From: Ignavibacteriota bacterium
GTDB lineage: Bacteria; Bacteroidota; Ignavibacteria; UBA10030; UBA6906
Length of the DNA: 64,000 bases
Reading direction: 5' to 3'
NCBI GenBank assembly: GCA_963801355.1
Contig: CAWDEM010000008.1
Coordinates: 736,001 to 800,000, forward strand
In this document: piece after piece, positions 21,741 through 30,426 of the stretch
Position numbering within the stretch: position 1 is the stretch's first letter
How the letters are laid out: each line of letters opens with the position of its first letter
The notes under the pieces: generated by a model
Database searches by the model: none
Seen by the model: the letters and a program-made list of their open reading frames with translations, nothing else
What the model was told of the DNA's origin: nothing
Translations under genes and position numbers: made by a program

Positions 21741-24584
21741 TTACTTCTTCATCTTGATTATGCGCTGGCTCCCATCGTACGTCACTGTCGCATCTGGTTT
21801 CGACAGGAACTCGAGAGCTGCGGGTTTGTGTTTTGCGATCCATACGATTTCAAATGTGCGACTCTTCAGCATGCCAGGGAAAATCCCTTCCCGCTTGCCT
21901 ATCGTCAGGACCCCATCTTCTTCCCGATAGGTCAACTGAATCGTCGAGAAGATCCCCTTCTCATAATTGTAGTTCACGTTTTCGTCTTCGTAGAGTGTGA
22001 ATGAGGCATCTTTCCCGGTGCAGACGAAGAGGCGGATGGGGTCAGCCGGCTTTTCCTCGGTGTACTGCAATTCCGGGCCACAGGGGAGAATTGCGCCTTC
22101 CTTCAGAAAGACCGGTATGTCTGTATACGGCGCATCGGCCTTCACGGTCTGTCCCCCCGTATAGTAGCGCCCCGAATGCATGTTATACCAGCCGTCACCG
22201 GTGGGAAGGTAGACGTAGCGCGTTCTCGCCTTGTACTCGGTAACGGGATTTATCAGCATCGAAGGACCAAACATGAATTGATCAGCGATGCCGAGAACAT
22301 TCCGGTCCAGACCAAAATCCATCACCAGCGCACGCATGATTGTGTAATCCCGTTGTGTGACCATGCCGGTAAGCGAATAGATGTACGGCATCAGCCGGTA
22401 GCGCAGCTTGTCGTAGGCAAGCATGGACTGGTATGCCGGATGAGTTGCGGGGGCAATCTCATACATCTCGCGGTACGGGAACTGGCCGTGGACTCTGAAG
22501 AGCGGACAAAACGTCCCGAACTGGAACCAACGGGTGTTCAGTTCCCGCCATTCCTCCAGGTCGGATGCATTCGGATGCTCGTAGCGCGGCTCCACCGCAA
22601 AACCGCCGATATCGGTGGTCCAGTACGGACACCCGGAGAGGCTGAAGTTCAGCCCGGCTGGTATTTGATTCCGGAGATCAAACCACCGCGCCGCAATATC
22701 ACCGCTCCAAGTGGTTGCCGCATAGCGTTGCTGCCCTGCGAAGGCGGAGCGCGTCAGAATGAACACCCGTTGATCGGGAGCAGTCGCCCGCTGGTTCTCG
22801 TACACTCCCCTGCTCGTCATCAGCGAGTAGGTGTTCAAATACCTCGAGGCGCTCCCCATTGCAGTCGGACCCTGGCGCAGTATGGTTTCGGTTCTTGACA
22901 GATTTGACTGCATATCCGGTTCCGTGGAGTCCAACCACCAGGCATCAAACCCTTTCGTGAAGAGTTTCTCGTTCATCCGTTTCCAGTAGAGGCTGCGTGC
23001 TCCCTCACTGTAGGGATCGTAGAACGCCGAGACATAGCCGGGCCCCACCCAGTCGCGCTGTCCTTTCTCCACATTGCGCATGTACAGCCAGCCCTGTTCC
23101 TTCATCTCTTCATAGTGCTTCGTGCCCACATAAAATTTCGGCCAGACCGAGATCATGATGTGCATGTGCAAATCGTTGTGCAGCTGCTTCACCATCCCAT
23201 CGGGATCCGGGAACCGTTCACCGTCAAACTCGTGGCTGCCCCACTGGTCTTCTTTCCAGTAGAACCAATCCTGCACGATGTTGTCCAGGGGAATCTTCCG
23301 ATTGCGGAACTCCTTTACGACGGAAAGAAGCTCTTCCTGAGTTTTGTAGCGTTCACGGCATTGCCATAGTCCCATTGCCCATTTGGGCATCATTGTTGCC
23401 TTGCCCGTGATATCCCGGTACCCCTGTATGACCTGGTCGAGATTCCGGCCATGGATGAAGTAGTAGTCGATCTGATCGGCGACCTCGGAGTAGAGGGAGA
23501 ACGCGTTCTCGTTTTTCGCCTGTTCGGGCCCGAGGAATTTCAAACCGATATAGCCGCCTGTATGCACCCATTCTATCTTGATCTTGTACCGTTTCCCGGC
23601 CTGCATCTCCAACCGGGGCAGATGTGTCCAGGGAAGCCAGTTCTGTCTCCACGAGTCTACAACGAGCTTGTCATCCAGCCACATCCTGGTGTACCCGCAG
23701 CAATACAGCCGGAACTTGTGGACCCCGGACTCCCGGGAGGCAATCTCCCCGCTCCAGCGGACTGCAGCGACGTTCTCCTTGAAGCCTGGCGGGTACTCGT
23801 CATTCACGTCGATGAACTCATGTTCTATCTTCGATTCTCTGCGCGACGTGAAAAGCGAACGGAAATCGGTGTCTTTGAAATACTCTGCAGAAAGACCACC
23901 CCCGGTGCCGTCTGCACCATAGAGCGTGAGTCCCTGAAGAGACCCGTATTCGCGGATATCGCCGAACTTCGTCTGTGAATTGTTGTCCCACAGTATGCCG
24001 TAATTTTTGCTCGAGACAAGGAACGGAATCACATCGATGATGTTGTATTGCCATAGATCGACGTCGTGGCCCCGGTAGTTCATCACGCCGTTCTGATGAG
24101 CGCCCAGGCCATAGAATGCTTCATCTTCAGGAGACTCGAAGAATTGTTGGATGTGGGTGGTATGTTCTCCCATCACATCGGCCGATGTAATGATTTTCCC
24201 GCCGCCGCTCTTCTCCTGCACGAGCAGCCGTCCCCGGGCATCGAGGAACGCGACCTCCCCGGTCTTCGGCTGCACGCGGGCTGTCAACTGCGGGGTGGAT
24301 ATCTCCACGCCGTTGGCGCCTTCTTGCATCGACCAGGAGACCGGTTTCCACGAGGCTCTGTCCACCATCAGACTCGGACGCTGCGAGAAGGGCTTCTCCT
24401 GTGAGGCCACGACATGGATGATATTCTCCGTGCAGATCTGGATTTTCATCCACCGGGCATCGGTGGCCTTTTGCTGCGTGAGCTCGAAGAGAACACCGTC
24501 AGCCTGTTTCTCTTGTGGAAGAGCCGGCGGATGCGCGACCATGACGGCAGAGAAAAGGACGAGGTACCACCGGCTGTTGTTCAT
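21741..24584 (-). CDS. GH31 alpha-xylosidase-like glycosidase with PA14 domain
   Basis: QDWFYW, WWLDSTEP, WSGD, DIGGF, FRVHG; signal peptide. Confidence 0.9.
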   Translation of the reverse strand: MNNSRWYLVLFSAVMVAHPPALPQEKQADGVLFELTQQKATDARWMKIQICTENIIHVVASQEKPFSQRPSLMVDRASWKPVSWSMQEGANGVEISTPQLTARVQPKTGEVAFLDARGRLLVQEKSGGGKIITSADVMGEHTTHIQQFFESPEDEAFYGLGAHQNGVMNYRGHDVDLWQYNIIDVIPFLVSSKNYGILWDNNSQTKFGDIREYGSLQGLTLYGADGTGGGLSAEYFKDTDFRSLFTSRRESKIEHEFIDVNDEYPPGFKENVAAVRWSGEIASRESGVHKFRLYCCGYTRMWLDDKLVVDSWRQNWLPWTHLPRLEMQAGKRYKIKIEWVHTGGYIGLKFLGPEQAKNENAFSLYSEVADQIDYYFIHGRNLDQVIQGYRDITGKATMMPKWAMGLWQCRERYKTQEELLSVVKEFRNRKIPLDNIVQDWFYWKEDQWGSHEFDGERFPDPDGMVKQLHNDLHMHIMISVWPKFYVGTKHYEEMKEQGWLYMRNVEKGQRDWVGPGYVSAFYDPYSEGARSLYWKRMNEKLFTKGFDAWWLDSTEPDMQSNLSRTETILRQGPTAMGSASRYLNTYSLMTSRGVYENQRATAPDQRVFILTRSAFAGQQRYAATTWSGDIAARWFDLRNQIPAGLNFSLSGCPYWTTDIGGFAVEPRYEHPNASDLEEWRELNTRWFQFGTFCPLFRVHGQFPYREMYEIAPATHPAYQSMLAYDKLRYRLMPYIYSLTGMVTQRDYTIMRALVMDFGLDRNVLGIADQFMFGPSMLINPVTEYKARTRYVYLPTGDGWYNMHSGRYYTGGQTVKADAPYTDIPVFLKEGAILPCGPELQYTEEKPADPIRLFVCTGKDASFTLYEDENVNYNYEKGIFSTIQLTYREEDGVLTIGKREGIFPGMLKSRTFEIVWIAKHKPAALEFLSKPDATVTYDGSQRIIKMKK

Positions 24585-24628
24585 GTTGCTGCGCCTTTCG
24601 TTCCCACAAAGAAACACTTGGGCACGAT

Positions 24629-25714
24629 TCACCTCGAGAGAAGTTGGAAGAGCTTTACGTTCAAGAACAGAACCTCTTTTCCCGACTTCTTGCTGCGAAG
24701 TATGCCCGCTTTCTCAAATTCCCGCAGGTACATAGCCGCGGTCTTTCGTTCGGCTATCCCGGCGTTAACAAGGAATTGAACCTTTGTGTAGGGCTGGTGA
24801 AAGAGCAGCTCGACGAGTTCTTTGGAGTAGACCTTTGCCGGCAGGCTGGTTCGCCCGAATTCAGCGGTTTGATCGATCAGCTTGCGGATTGCGATAATCT
24901 TCTCACGGGTCTCAATTGCAGTCGTCTGAATCGCATCCAGCATGTACAGTATCCAGTTCTCCCACTCCCCTTTTGCGGTGACAGCACGCAAAAGGCGGTA
25001 GTACTCATCTTTCTTTTCGATGATATACTTGCTGAGGTACAGAATTGGGACGTCCAGAAGGCCCCGCGAAACCAGGAAGAGGCTGTTGAGTATCCGACCC
25101 GTACGGCCGTTTCCATCGGAGAAGGGATGAATCGCCTCAAACTGATAGTGAATGGCAGCGAGCTTGATGAGAGGATCCGTTTCGTCTTCTGCGTGCATAT
25201 ACTCCTCGAGATTCCTCAACTTCTCTCGAATCACGGATCCACCGGTAGGCGGGGTATAGAGAACTGCTCCGGTCCGTTTGTTTTGAATGATAGTCCCGGG
25301 GAGTTCCCGTATACCTTCCTGATTTTCTTTTATTATCCTCACCAATCGTATGAAGAGATCGATTGTCATGCGGCCGCGCTTTTTCAGCTCGTTGAACCCT
25401 TCCCACAATGCTGCACGGTACTGCAAAACCTCCTTGGTAGCCGGATCCACTCTGGATGAACCCGCTGTGAAGGCCCTGAACAGTGCATCATTCGTGGTTA
25501 TGATGTTCTCAATTTCGGAGCTCGCCTTTGCTTCACGCAGCACAAGCGAATTGACGAGTATCGACTGGTTGGGGATGGTTGCGCCAAGCCCCTTGAGTTC
25601 CGCCAGGCAGCGTCCTGCTTTGGCAACCTTTTTCAGGACTGCCTTGGTTTCAATCTCCACGCCGGGAGGAAGCAACGGGAGGTTGTTGTGAGGGATTGCG
25701 GGGTTGAAGACCAT
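24629..25714 (-). CDS. Fic family protein (AMPylase)
   Basis: HPFSDGNGRTGR catalytic motif; N-terminal EAKASSEIENI inhibitory-helix motif; C-terminal HTH-like tail. Confidence 0.93.
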   Translation of the reverse strand: MVFNPAIPHNNLPLLPPGVEIETKAVLKKVAKAGRCLAELKGLGATIPNQSILVNSLVLREAKASSEIENIITTNDALFRAFTAGSSRVDPATKEVLQYRAALWEGFNELKKRGRMTIDLFIRLVRIIKENQEGIRELPGTIIQNKRTGAVLYTPPTGGSVIREKLRNLEEYMHAEDETDPLIKLAAIHYQFEAIHPFSDGNGRTGRILNSLFLVSRGLLDVPILYLSKYIIEKKDEYYRLLRAVTAKGEWENWILYMLDAIQTTAIETREKIIAIRKLIDQTAEFGRTSLPAKVYSKELVELLFHQPYTKVQFLVNAGIAERKTAAMYLREFEKAGILRSKKSGKEVLFLNVKLFQLLSR

Positions 25715-25742
25715 AGCACCTCCGGGATGCGTGCAAACGGCT

Positions 25743-25804
25743 CATGTCCACACCGTGGACATGTTAAATAAACGTGTCCACAAAGTCAAGCAATATGGAC
25801 ACGT
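25743..25804 (-). promoter_or_regulatory. Sigma70-type promoter of fic overlapped by two inverted-repeat operators
   Basis: Minus strand TTGACT(25789-25784)-17 bp-TAACAT(25766-25761); IRs CATGTCCAC-3-GTGGACATG and ACGTGTCCA-15-TGGACACGT. Confidence 0.7.
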
Positions 25805-25832
25805 ACTGAAAACGTGCCCATCAGCACAGTGT

Positions 25833-27950
25833 TCACGGCAACCGCTTCTTCAGCCACGCCGTCAAGTAATCAAGCACGCCTGGCGCAAATTCCTTTTCCA
25901 GTCCTGCATACTCTGCGGGATTGCCCGTAATGGCCTTTTGGAAGAGGTGGTTGGCGCCCGCGACGGTGTAGAGCGTGACGTCAGGATTTCTCCCCTTCGA
26001 CAGTGCTGACGACATTGGTTGCAGGTGCAACGCCGGAGGGACCTGCTGATCCAGTTCCGCGAACAGTGCAAGCACCGGACACCGGATGCCGGCAAGGTCC
26101 TGTGCGGGGTCATGGGAAATGAAGAATGCGAACCATGGAGAGCGGACCGCGTTCATCTGGATATCGACACGCGCAGCGAGCAGCGAATCCGTCATGGCGG
26201 CCTTCTGATCGACCGGTAGACCATCAGCACTGCGGCGCATTTCGTCAAGTAACAGTCCACGCAATGCATCCCATCCCTTCTGTTCCCGCACTGTTGCGAA
26301 CACGCGCCGCTGCAGTGCAAGACCGCGCCCGATGTTTGCCTCAGTCTCTCCCTGGAACCGGCCGAGAGCCGCGATTTGCGACAGAATCACCGTGTCCCCT
26401 GGCAATGCCGGACCGGCAAGCAAAATGACAAAGGCAAGATCGGGGGATTTCTCGGCACACATAGCCGCAACCTCGGCCCCTTCGCTGTGCCCGATGAATC
26501 CGATCCTGGAACGCCCGATGTCTGACCGTGACTGGAGAAACCGGAACATGGCGGCCGCGTCCTGAGCAAAGTCTGCGCCGGTCGATGTCGACATGTTTCC
26601 TGTGGACCCTCCGACACCCCGGTCATCGCACCTGAGGACCGCATAGCCGTTGCGTGTAAGATGGTCGGCCAGAATCTTGAAGGGGCGGAATCCGAACAGC
26701 TCTTCGTCGCGATTCTGTGCCCCGCTGCCGGTCAGAAGGATAGCCGCAGCAAACGGTCCCCCCTTCCGCGGCAGAGTGAGCGTGCCGGAGAGGATCACAT
26801 CCCCGTTCGACACCTTGACCTCTTCCTCCAGGTACGGTGGAGGAGGAACCGGCGCAACGTCTTTCGCCTCTCCCGATTTGTGCAGATGAAAGCGTGCTTT
26901 CACGCTTCCCTGCCGGAAATCTCCCGCGATGGAGTCACCCGCCAACGTCCCTTCGAAAATCGCGAGTCCGGGGCCCGCCGGCAGCTCGAAATGCACTGCA
27001 GGGAGAGCAGCACGCACGTTCGTGAGGGGCAACCCCTTCGCCATTTGCATCGGTATGTCGATTGTGGCCTGAAGCGCTTCATTCGGTCCTTTGAAGTGCA
27101 CGATGACGCCCAGGTCTACGCCTGGAAGTGCGATGGCCCCCTCCCATTCCCCCGCAATGTTCTCTTGTGCGGAACTTGTGTTCATTGAGGTGAAGCCAGT
27201 CGCCAGGCAGCACAACAGAAGCACTCGTAGGTTCATATGGCTCTCTCTCCGGGGCATCTGAACGGATTGTGCCCCATGGTTCATGTGTTCGGCCCCCTCC
27301 CTTTGAAGGCGCCGGTTCAAAAGAAACGGATAGATGAAACCCGAGACGACAAACGTGACGGCAAGCGACGGAAGCAGTACATACTGCAATTCGATCCCGA
27401 TGAGGGAGAAAAGAACAGTGAGCACGCCACTCACGGTCAGCATCCATCCCCCGACCAGATGGCTCCTCTGCCACACCGTGTCGGAGACCAGTGTCCAGGG
27501 TGTCCGTATGCCGAAAAACCAATTCCGGGGAACTTTCGGGAGGTAGTTACCCATGAACGCGAAGAGGACACCAAGGCTGATCCCGAGCATGTTCAAGGAG
27601 ATGCGGCCATCGCGTGACGCGAAAACCGTGAGGAGAAGCAGCGCAAGCATAAACGCCAGGACAAAGTCGCGGAGGAGCATCAACACGCCGTAGCGGGGCT
27701 TGATGCGCGTCCAGAACGGGTCTATGAACGGCACGAACGTCATGACGATGTAGAGCCCGACACTCAGGCCGATAATCATCCAGATGAAATTGGTACGCTG
27801 CATAGTGCCGTTGACGTTGCCGTGGAGGTCGTAGTGCGATGGGACCTGATCCGGGAGCGTTGGTCCAAACAGCGCAAGAACAACCAGGATGGCGGCGACC
27901 ACGCCCAGGGCAAACAGATTACCTTTCAGGGTCCAGGGCATAGCAATCAC
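25833..27950 (-). CDS. DUF1648/SdpI immunity membrane protein read in frame into a secreted alpha/beta hydrolase (possibly two genes)
   Basis: GNYLPKVPRNWFFGIRTPWTL..VWQRSH (SdpI); second half has its own RBS, ATG at 27236, signal peptide, GSGAQNRDE, GHSEG, D..V and NHLFQ. Confidence 0.75.
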   Translation of the reverse strand: MIAMPWTLKGNLFALGVVAAILVVLALFGPTLPDQVPSHYDLHGNVNGTMQRTNFIWMIIGLSVGLYIVMTFVPFIDPFWTRIKPRYGVLMLLRDFVLAFMLALLLLTVFASRDGRISLNMLGISLGVLFAFMGNYLPKVPRNWFFGIRTPWTLVSDTVWQRSHLVGGWMLTVSGVLTVLFSLIGIELQYVLLPSLAVTFVVSGFIYPFLLNRRLQREGAEHMNHGAQSVQMPRRESHMNLRVLLLCCLATGFTSMNTSSAQENIAGEWEGAIALPGVDLGVIVHFKGPNEALQATIDIPMQMAKGLPLTNVRAALPAVHFELPAGPGLAIFEGTLAGDSIAGDFRQGSVKARFHLHKSGEAKDVAPVPPPPYLEEEVKVSNGDVILSGTLTLPRKGGPFAAAILLTGSGAQNRDEELFGFRPFKILADHLTRNGYAVLRCDDRGVGGSTGNMSTSTGADFAQDAAAMFRFLQSRSDIGRSRIGFIGHSEGAEVAAMCAEKSPDLAFVILLAGPALPGDTVILSQIAALGRFQGETEANIGRGLALQRRVFATVREQKGWDALRGLLLDEMRRSADGLPVDQKAAMTDSLLAARVDIQMNAVRSPWFAFFISHDPAQDLAGIRCPVLALFAELDQQVPPALHLQPMSSALSKGRNPDVTLYTVAGANHLFQKAITGNPAEYAGLEKEFAPGVLDYLTAWLKKRLP

Positions 27951-28216
27951 TTTCGCAAGTGAAACTTCATGAAGTACTCCATGGCCATCTGCACGACGGT
28001 CATGTTGAGTGAATAGTAGATAAACTGCCCTTCGCGTCGGGTTTCCACCAGGTCAGTCCGTTTCAGGATATCCAGGTGATGTGAAAGAGTTGGTTGAGTC
28101 ACCGGGATGCGTTCGAGCAGCTCCGAGGGAGTGCGGCTCTTCTCGCGGAGCAGCTGGATAATCGCGGTCCGGGTGGGGTCCCCGAGAGCCTTAAAGACAT
28201 TGTTGAGAGTCGGCAT
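27947..28216 (-). CDS. ArsR/SmtB family repressor, SdpR-like
   Basis: FKALGDPTR..I...TQPTLSHHLDILKRTDLV..RREGQFIYYSLN; overlaps the start of the SdpI-like gene. Confidence 0.88.
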   Translation of the reverse strand: MPTLNNVFKALGDPTRTAIIQLLREKSRTPSELLERIPVTQPTLSHHLDILKRTDLVETRREGQFIYYSLNMTVVQMAMEYFMKFHLRK

Positions 28217-28225
28217 AGATACTGG

Positions 28226-28287
28226 TATATGTACATGGGTACATATATTGGTACAACGAATATACATCAAGAAAGCTGCGTTGTCAA
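28226..28287 (-). promoter_or_regulatory. Promoter and palindromic operator of the SdpR-like operon
   Basis: TTGACA(28287-28282)-17 bp-TATATT(28264-28259); IR TATATGTAC-4-GTACATATA at 28226-28247. Confidence 0.75.
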
Positions 28288-28306
28288 GGAAAATCTTCTG
28301 AGCACC

Positions 28307-28335
28307 TTTACACTTGTGCCCGCCTTTCGTATAAT
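28307..28335 (+). promoter_or_regulatory. Sigma70-type promoter for the S9 peptidase gene
   Basis: TTTACA-17 bp-TATAAT, followed by a GGAGG RBS and ATG 28378. Confidence 0.65.
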
Positions 28336-28377
28336 TTACCATTCGTACCCTTATCACAATCCCGGAGGAACCTTTCC

Positions 28378-30372
28378 ATGCGTTCACTACTCGCGCTCAC
28401 CCTCTTGCTCCCCCTTTTGCCCCTGGGGTGCAGCCAGCCCCCCCCCATCATCGACAGAGAACTCTTTTTTGGCGATCCCGAGATCTCCGGCGCACAGATC
28501 TCCCCCGACGGGAGCCAGATCGCTTTCATAAAACCTTTCAAAGCTGTGCGCAACATCTGGGTGAAGACTCTCGATCAATCGTTCGATAAGGCGCGCCCCA
28601 TTACGGCTGACACAACGCGACCGGTCACAAGTTACTTCTGGTCACGCGACAGCAAATACGTTCTCTATGTGCAGGACAAAGGCGGGGATGAAAACTACCG
28701 GGTCTACGCCGTCGACCCCATGGCCCCCGGTGATCCGGTCCCGGCAGCCCGTGACCTGACCCCCATGCAGCAGGTCCGTGCGATCATAGTTGATGTCCCT
28801 AAGGCCACTCCGGGAGAAATCATCGTGGGGCTCAATGACCGCCGGGCGGACCTGCACGATGTGTATCGCCTCAACCTGGCGACGGCGGAAAAGACATTGC
28901 TCTGGAAAAATGATGAGAACGTGGTGGGGTGGGTGACGGACCTGAAGGGGGCACTGCGGATGGGTTTGCGGCAGACTCCGGATGGAGGCTCGGAATTACT
29001 CCGGATCGAAGCGAACTCACTTGTTCCGTTCTACACCGTGACTGCTGACGAGTCTATGATCCCCCTGCGCTTTACCCCTGATGGAAGCAAGTTCTATCTT
29101 GAAACGAACAAAGGGACCGGACTCGACAAGTCTGAACTGCAGCTATGCGATATCAAGACGGGAGAGGTGGCACTCGTGGAGAGAGATCCGGAAAATGAGG
29201 TTGACTTCGGAGAAGCCCTTTTTTCCGATGTCACGGACGAGCTTCTGGCAACCTTCTACGTCGGGGACCGGCATCGTGTCTATCCCAAACAGAAGCAGTT
29301 CGGCGAAGACTGGGACAAGATGGTGAAGGTTCTTCCCGGTGGCGAGATTTCGATCACCAATAGGACGGCCGATGAGAACAAGTGGCTTGTGAATGTCTCC
29401 AGCGATGTCGATCCAGGCTCACGGTATCTCTATGACCGAAAGACCGGGAAGGCGGAGCTTCTCTATCGTTCGCGCCCGGATCTGCCGAGTGAGCAGCTGG
29501 CGCCGATGAAGCCGGTCACCTACAAAGCGCGCGACGGCATGACGATCCATGCCTATCTTGTCACACCCCAGGGTGGGCCGGCAACAGACCTCCCCACAGT
29601 GATCATGCCGCATGGAGGCCCATGGGCCAGGGATTACTGGGGTTACAACTCGCTTGCCCAGTTCCTGGCAAACCGGGGGTACGCCGTCTTCATGCCCAAC
29701 TTCCGCGGATCGACGGGTTACGGCAAACAATATCTCAACGCGGGCAACAAGCAGTGGGGAACCGGTTCGATGCAACATGATATCACTGACGGCGTTCAGT
29801 ACTTAGTCGAGCAGAAGGTTGCCGATCCAAAACGCATCGGAATCTTCGGTGGGTCCTACGGAGGGTATGCGACACTCGCAGGAGTAGCGTTCACTCCCGA
29901 CCTGTACGCAGCGGGAGTATCTTATGTGGGGCCTTCCAACATCATTACGCTCCTCAAGACCATTCCGCCCTACTGGGCACCCATCAAGAGGACTTTTGCC
30001 ATTCGCGTTGGTGACATTGAGAAGCCGGAAGACGTCAAGATGCTGGAAGCACAGTCTCCCCTGAATTCGGCGAAGAACATCAAGGCTCCCTTGCTTGTCA
30101 TCCAGGGCGCCAACGATCCACGGGTGAAGAAAGCGGAGTCCGAACAGATCGTCGTTGCGCTGCGCGATCTGGGCAGGACCGTGGAGTACATGGTTGCGCC
30201 TGACGAGGGCCACGGGTTTGCCGGTCGTGAAAACCGGCTTGCGGCATTCACGGCTCTGGAGAAGTTCTTCGCAAAGCAGCTTGGCGGACGCCAGCAGGAG
30301 GCGGTGCCGGCGGATATCCAGAAGAGAATCGACGCACTGATGGTTGACGTTAAAAGCGTAAAACTAAACTAG
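28378..30372 (+). CDS. S9 family peptidase (dipeptidyl/acylaminoacyl peptidase), lipoprotein
   Basis: Lipobox PLGC; HGGP, NFRGSTGYG, GGSYGG, DPRV, EGHG. Confidence 0.92.
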   Translation: MRSLLALTLLLPLLPLGCSQPPPIIDRELFFGDPEISGAQISPDGSQIAFIKPFKAVRNIWVKTLDQSFDKARPITADTTRPVTSYFWSRDSKYVLYVQDKGGDENYRVYAVDPMAPGDPVPAARDLTPMQQVRAIIVDVPKATPGEIIVGLNDRRADLHDVYRLNLATAEKTLLWKNDENVVGWVTDLKGALRMGLRQTPDGGSELLRIEANSLVPFYTVTADESMIPLRFTPDGSKFYLETNKGTGLDKSELQLCDIKTGEVALVERDPENEVDFGEALFSDVTDELLATFYVGDRHRVYPKQKQFGEDWDKMVKVLPGGEISITNRTADENKWLVNVSSDVDPGSRYLYDRKTGKAELLYRSRPDLPSEQLAPMKPVTYKARDGMTIHAYLVTPQGGPATDLPTVIMPHGGPWARDYWGYNSLAQFLANRGYAVFMPNFRGSTGYGKQYLNAGNKQWGTGSMQHDITDGVQYLVEQKVADPKRIGIFGGSYGGYATLAGVAFTPDLYAAGVSYVGPSNIITLLKTIPPYWAPIKRTFAIRVGDIEKPEDVKMLEAQSPLNSAKNIKAPLLVIQGANDPRVKKAESEQIVVALRDLGRTVEYMVAPDEGHGFAGRENRLAAFTALEKFFAKQLGGRQQEAVPADIQKRIDALMVDVKSVKLN

Positions 30373-30420
30373 ACTGGACCAAACTCACCTAAGCCAGACT
30401 GAACCAAACCAAACTGGACT
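30361..30420. repeat. Degenerate 5-bp periodic repeat, 12 units, consensus RRACY
   Basis: aaact aaact agact ggacc aaact cacct aagcc agact gaacc aaacc aaact ggact. Confidence 0.75.
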
Positions 30421-30426
30421 ATAGGT

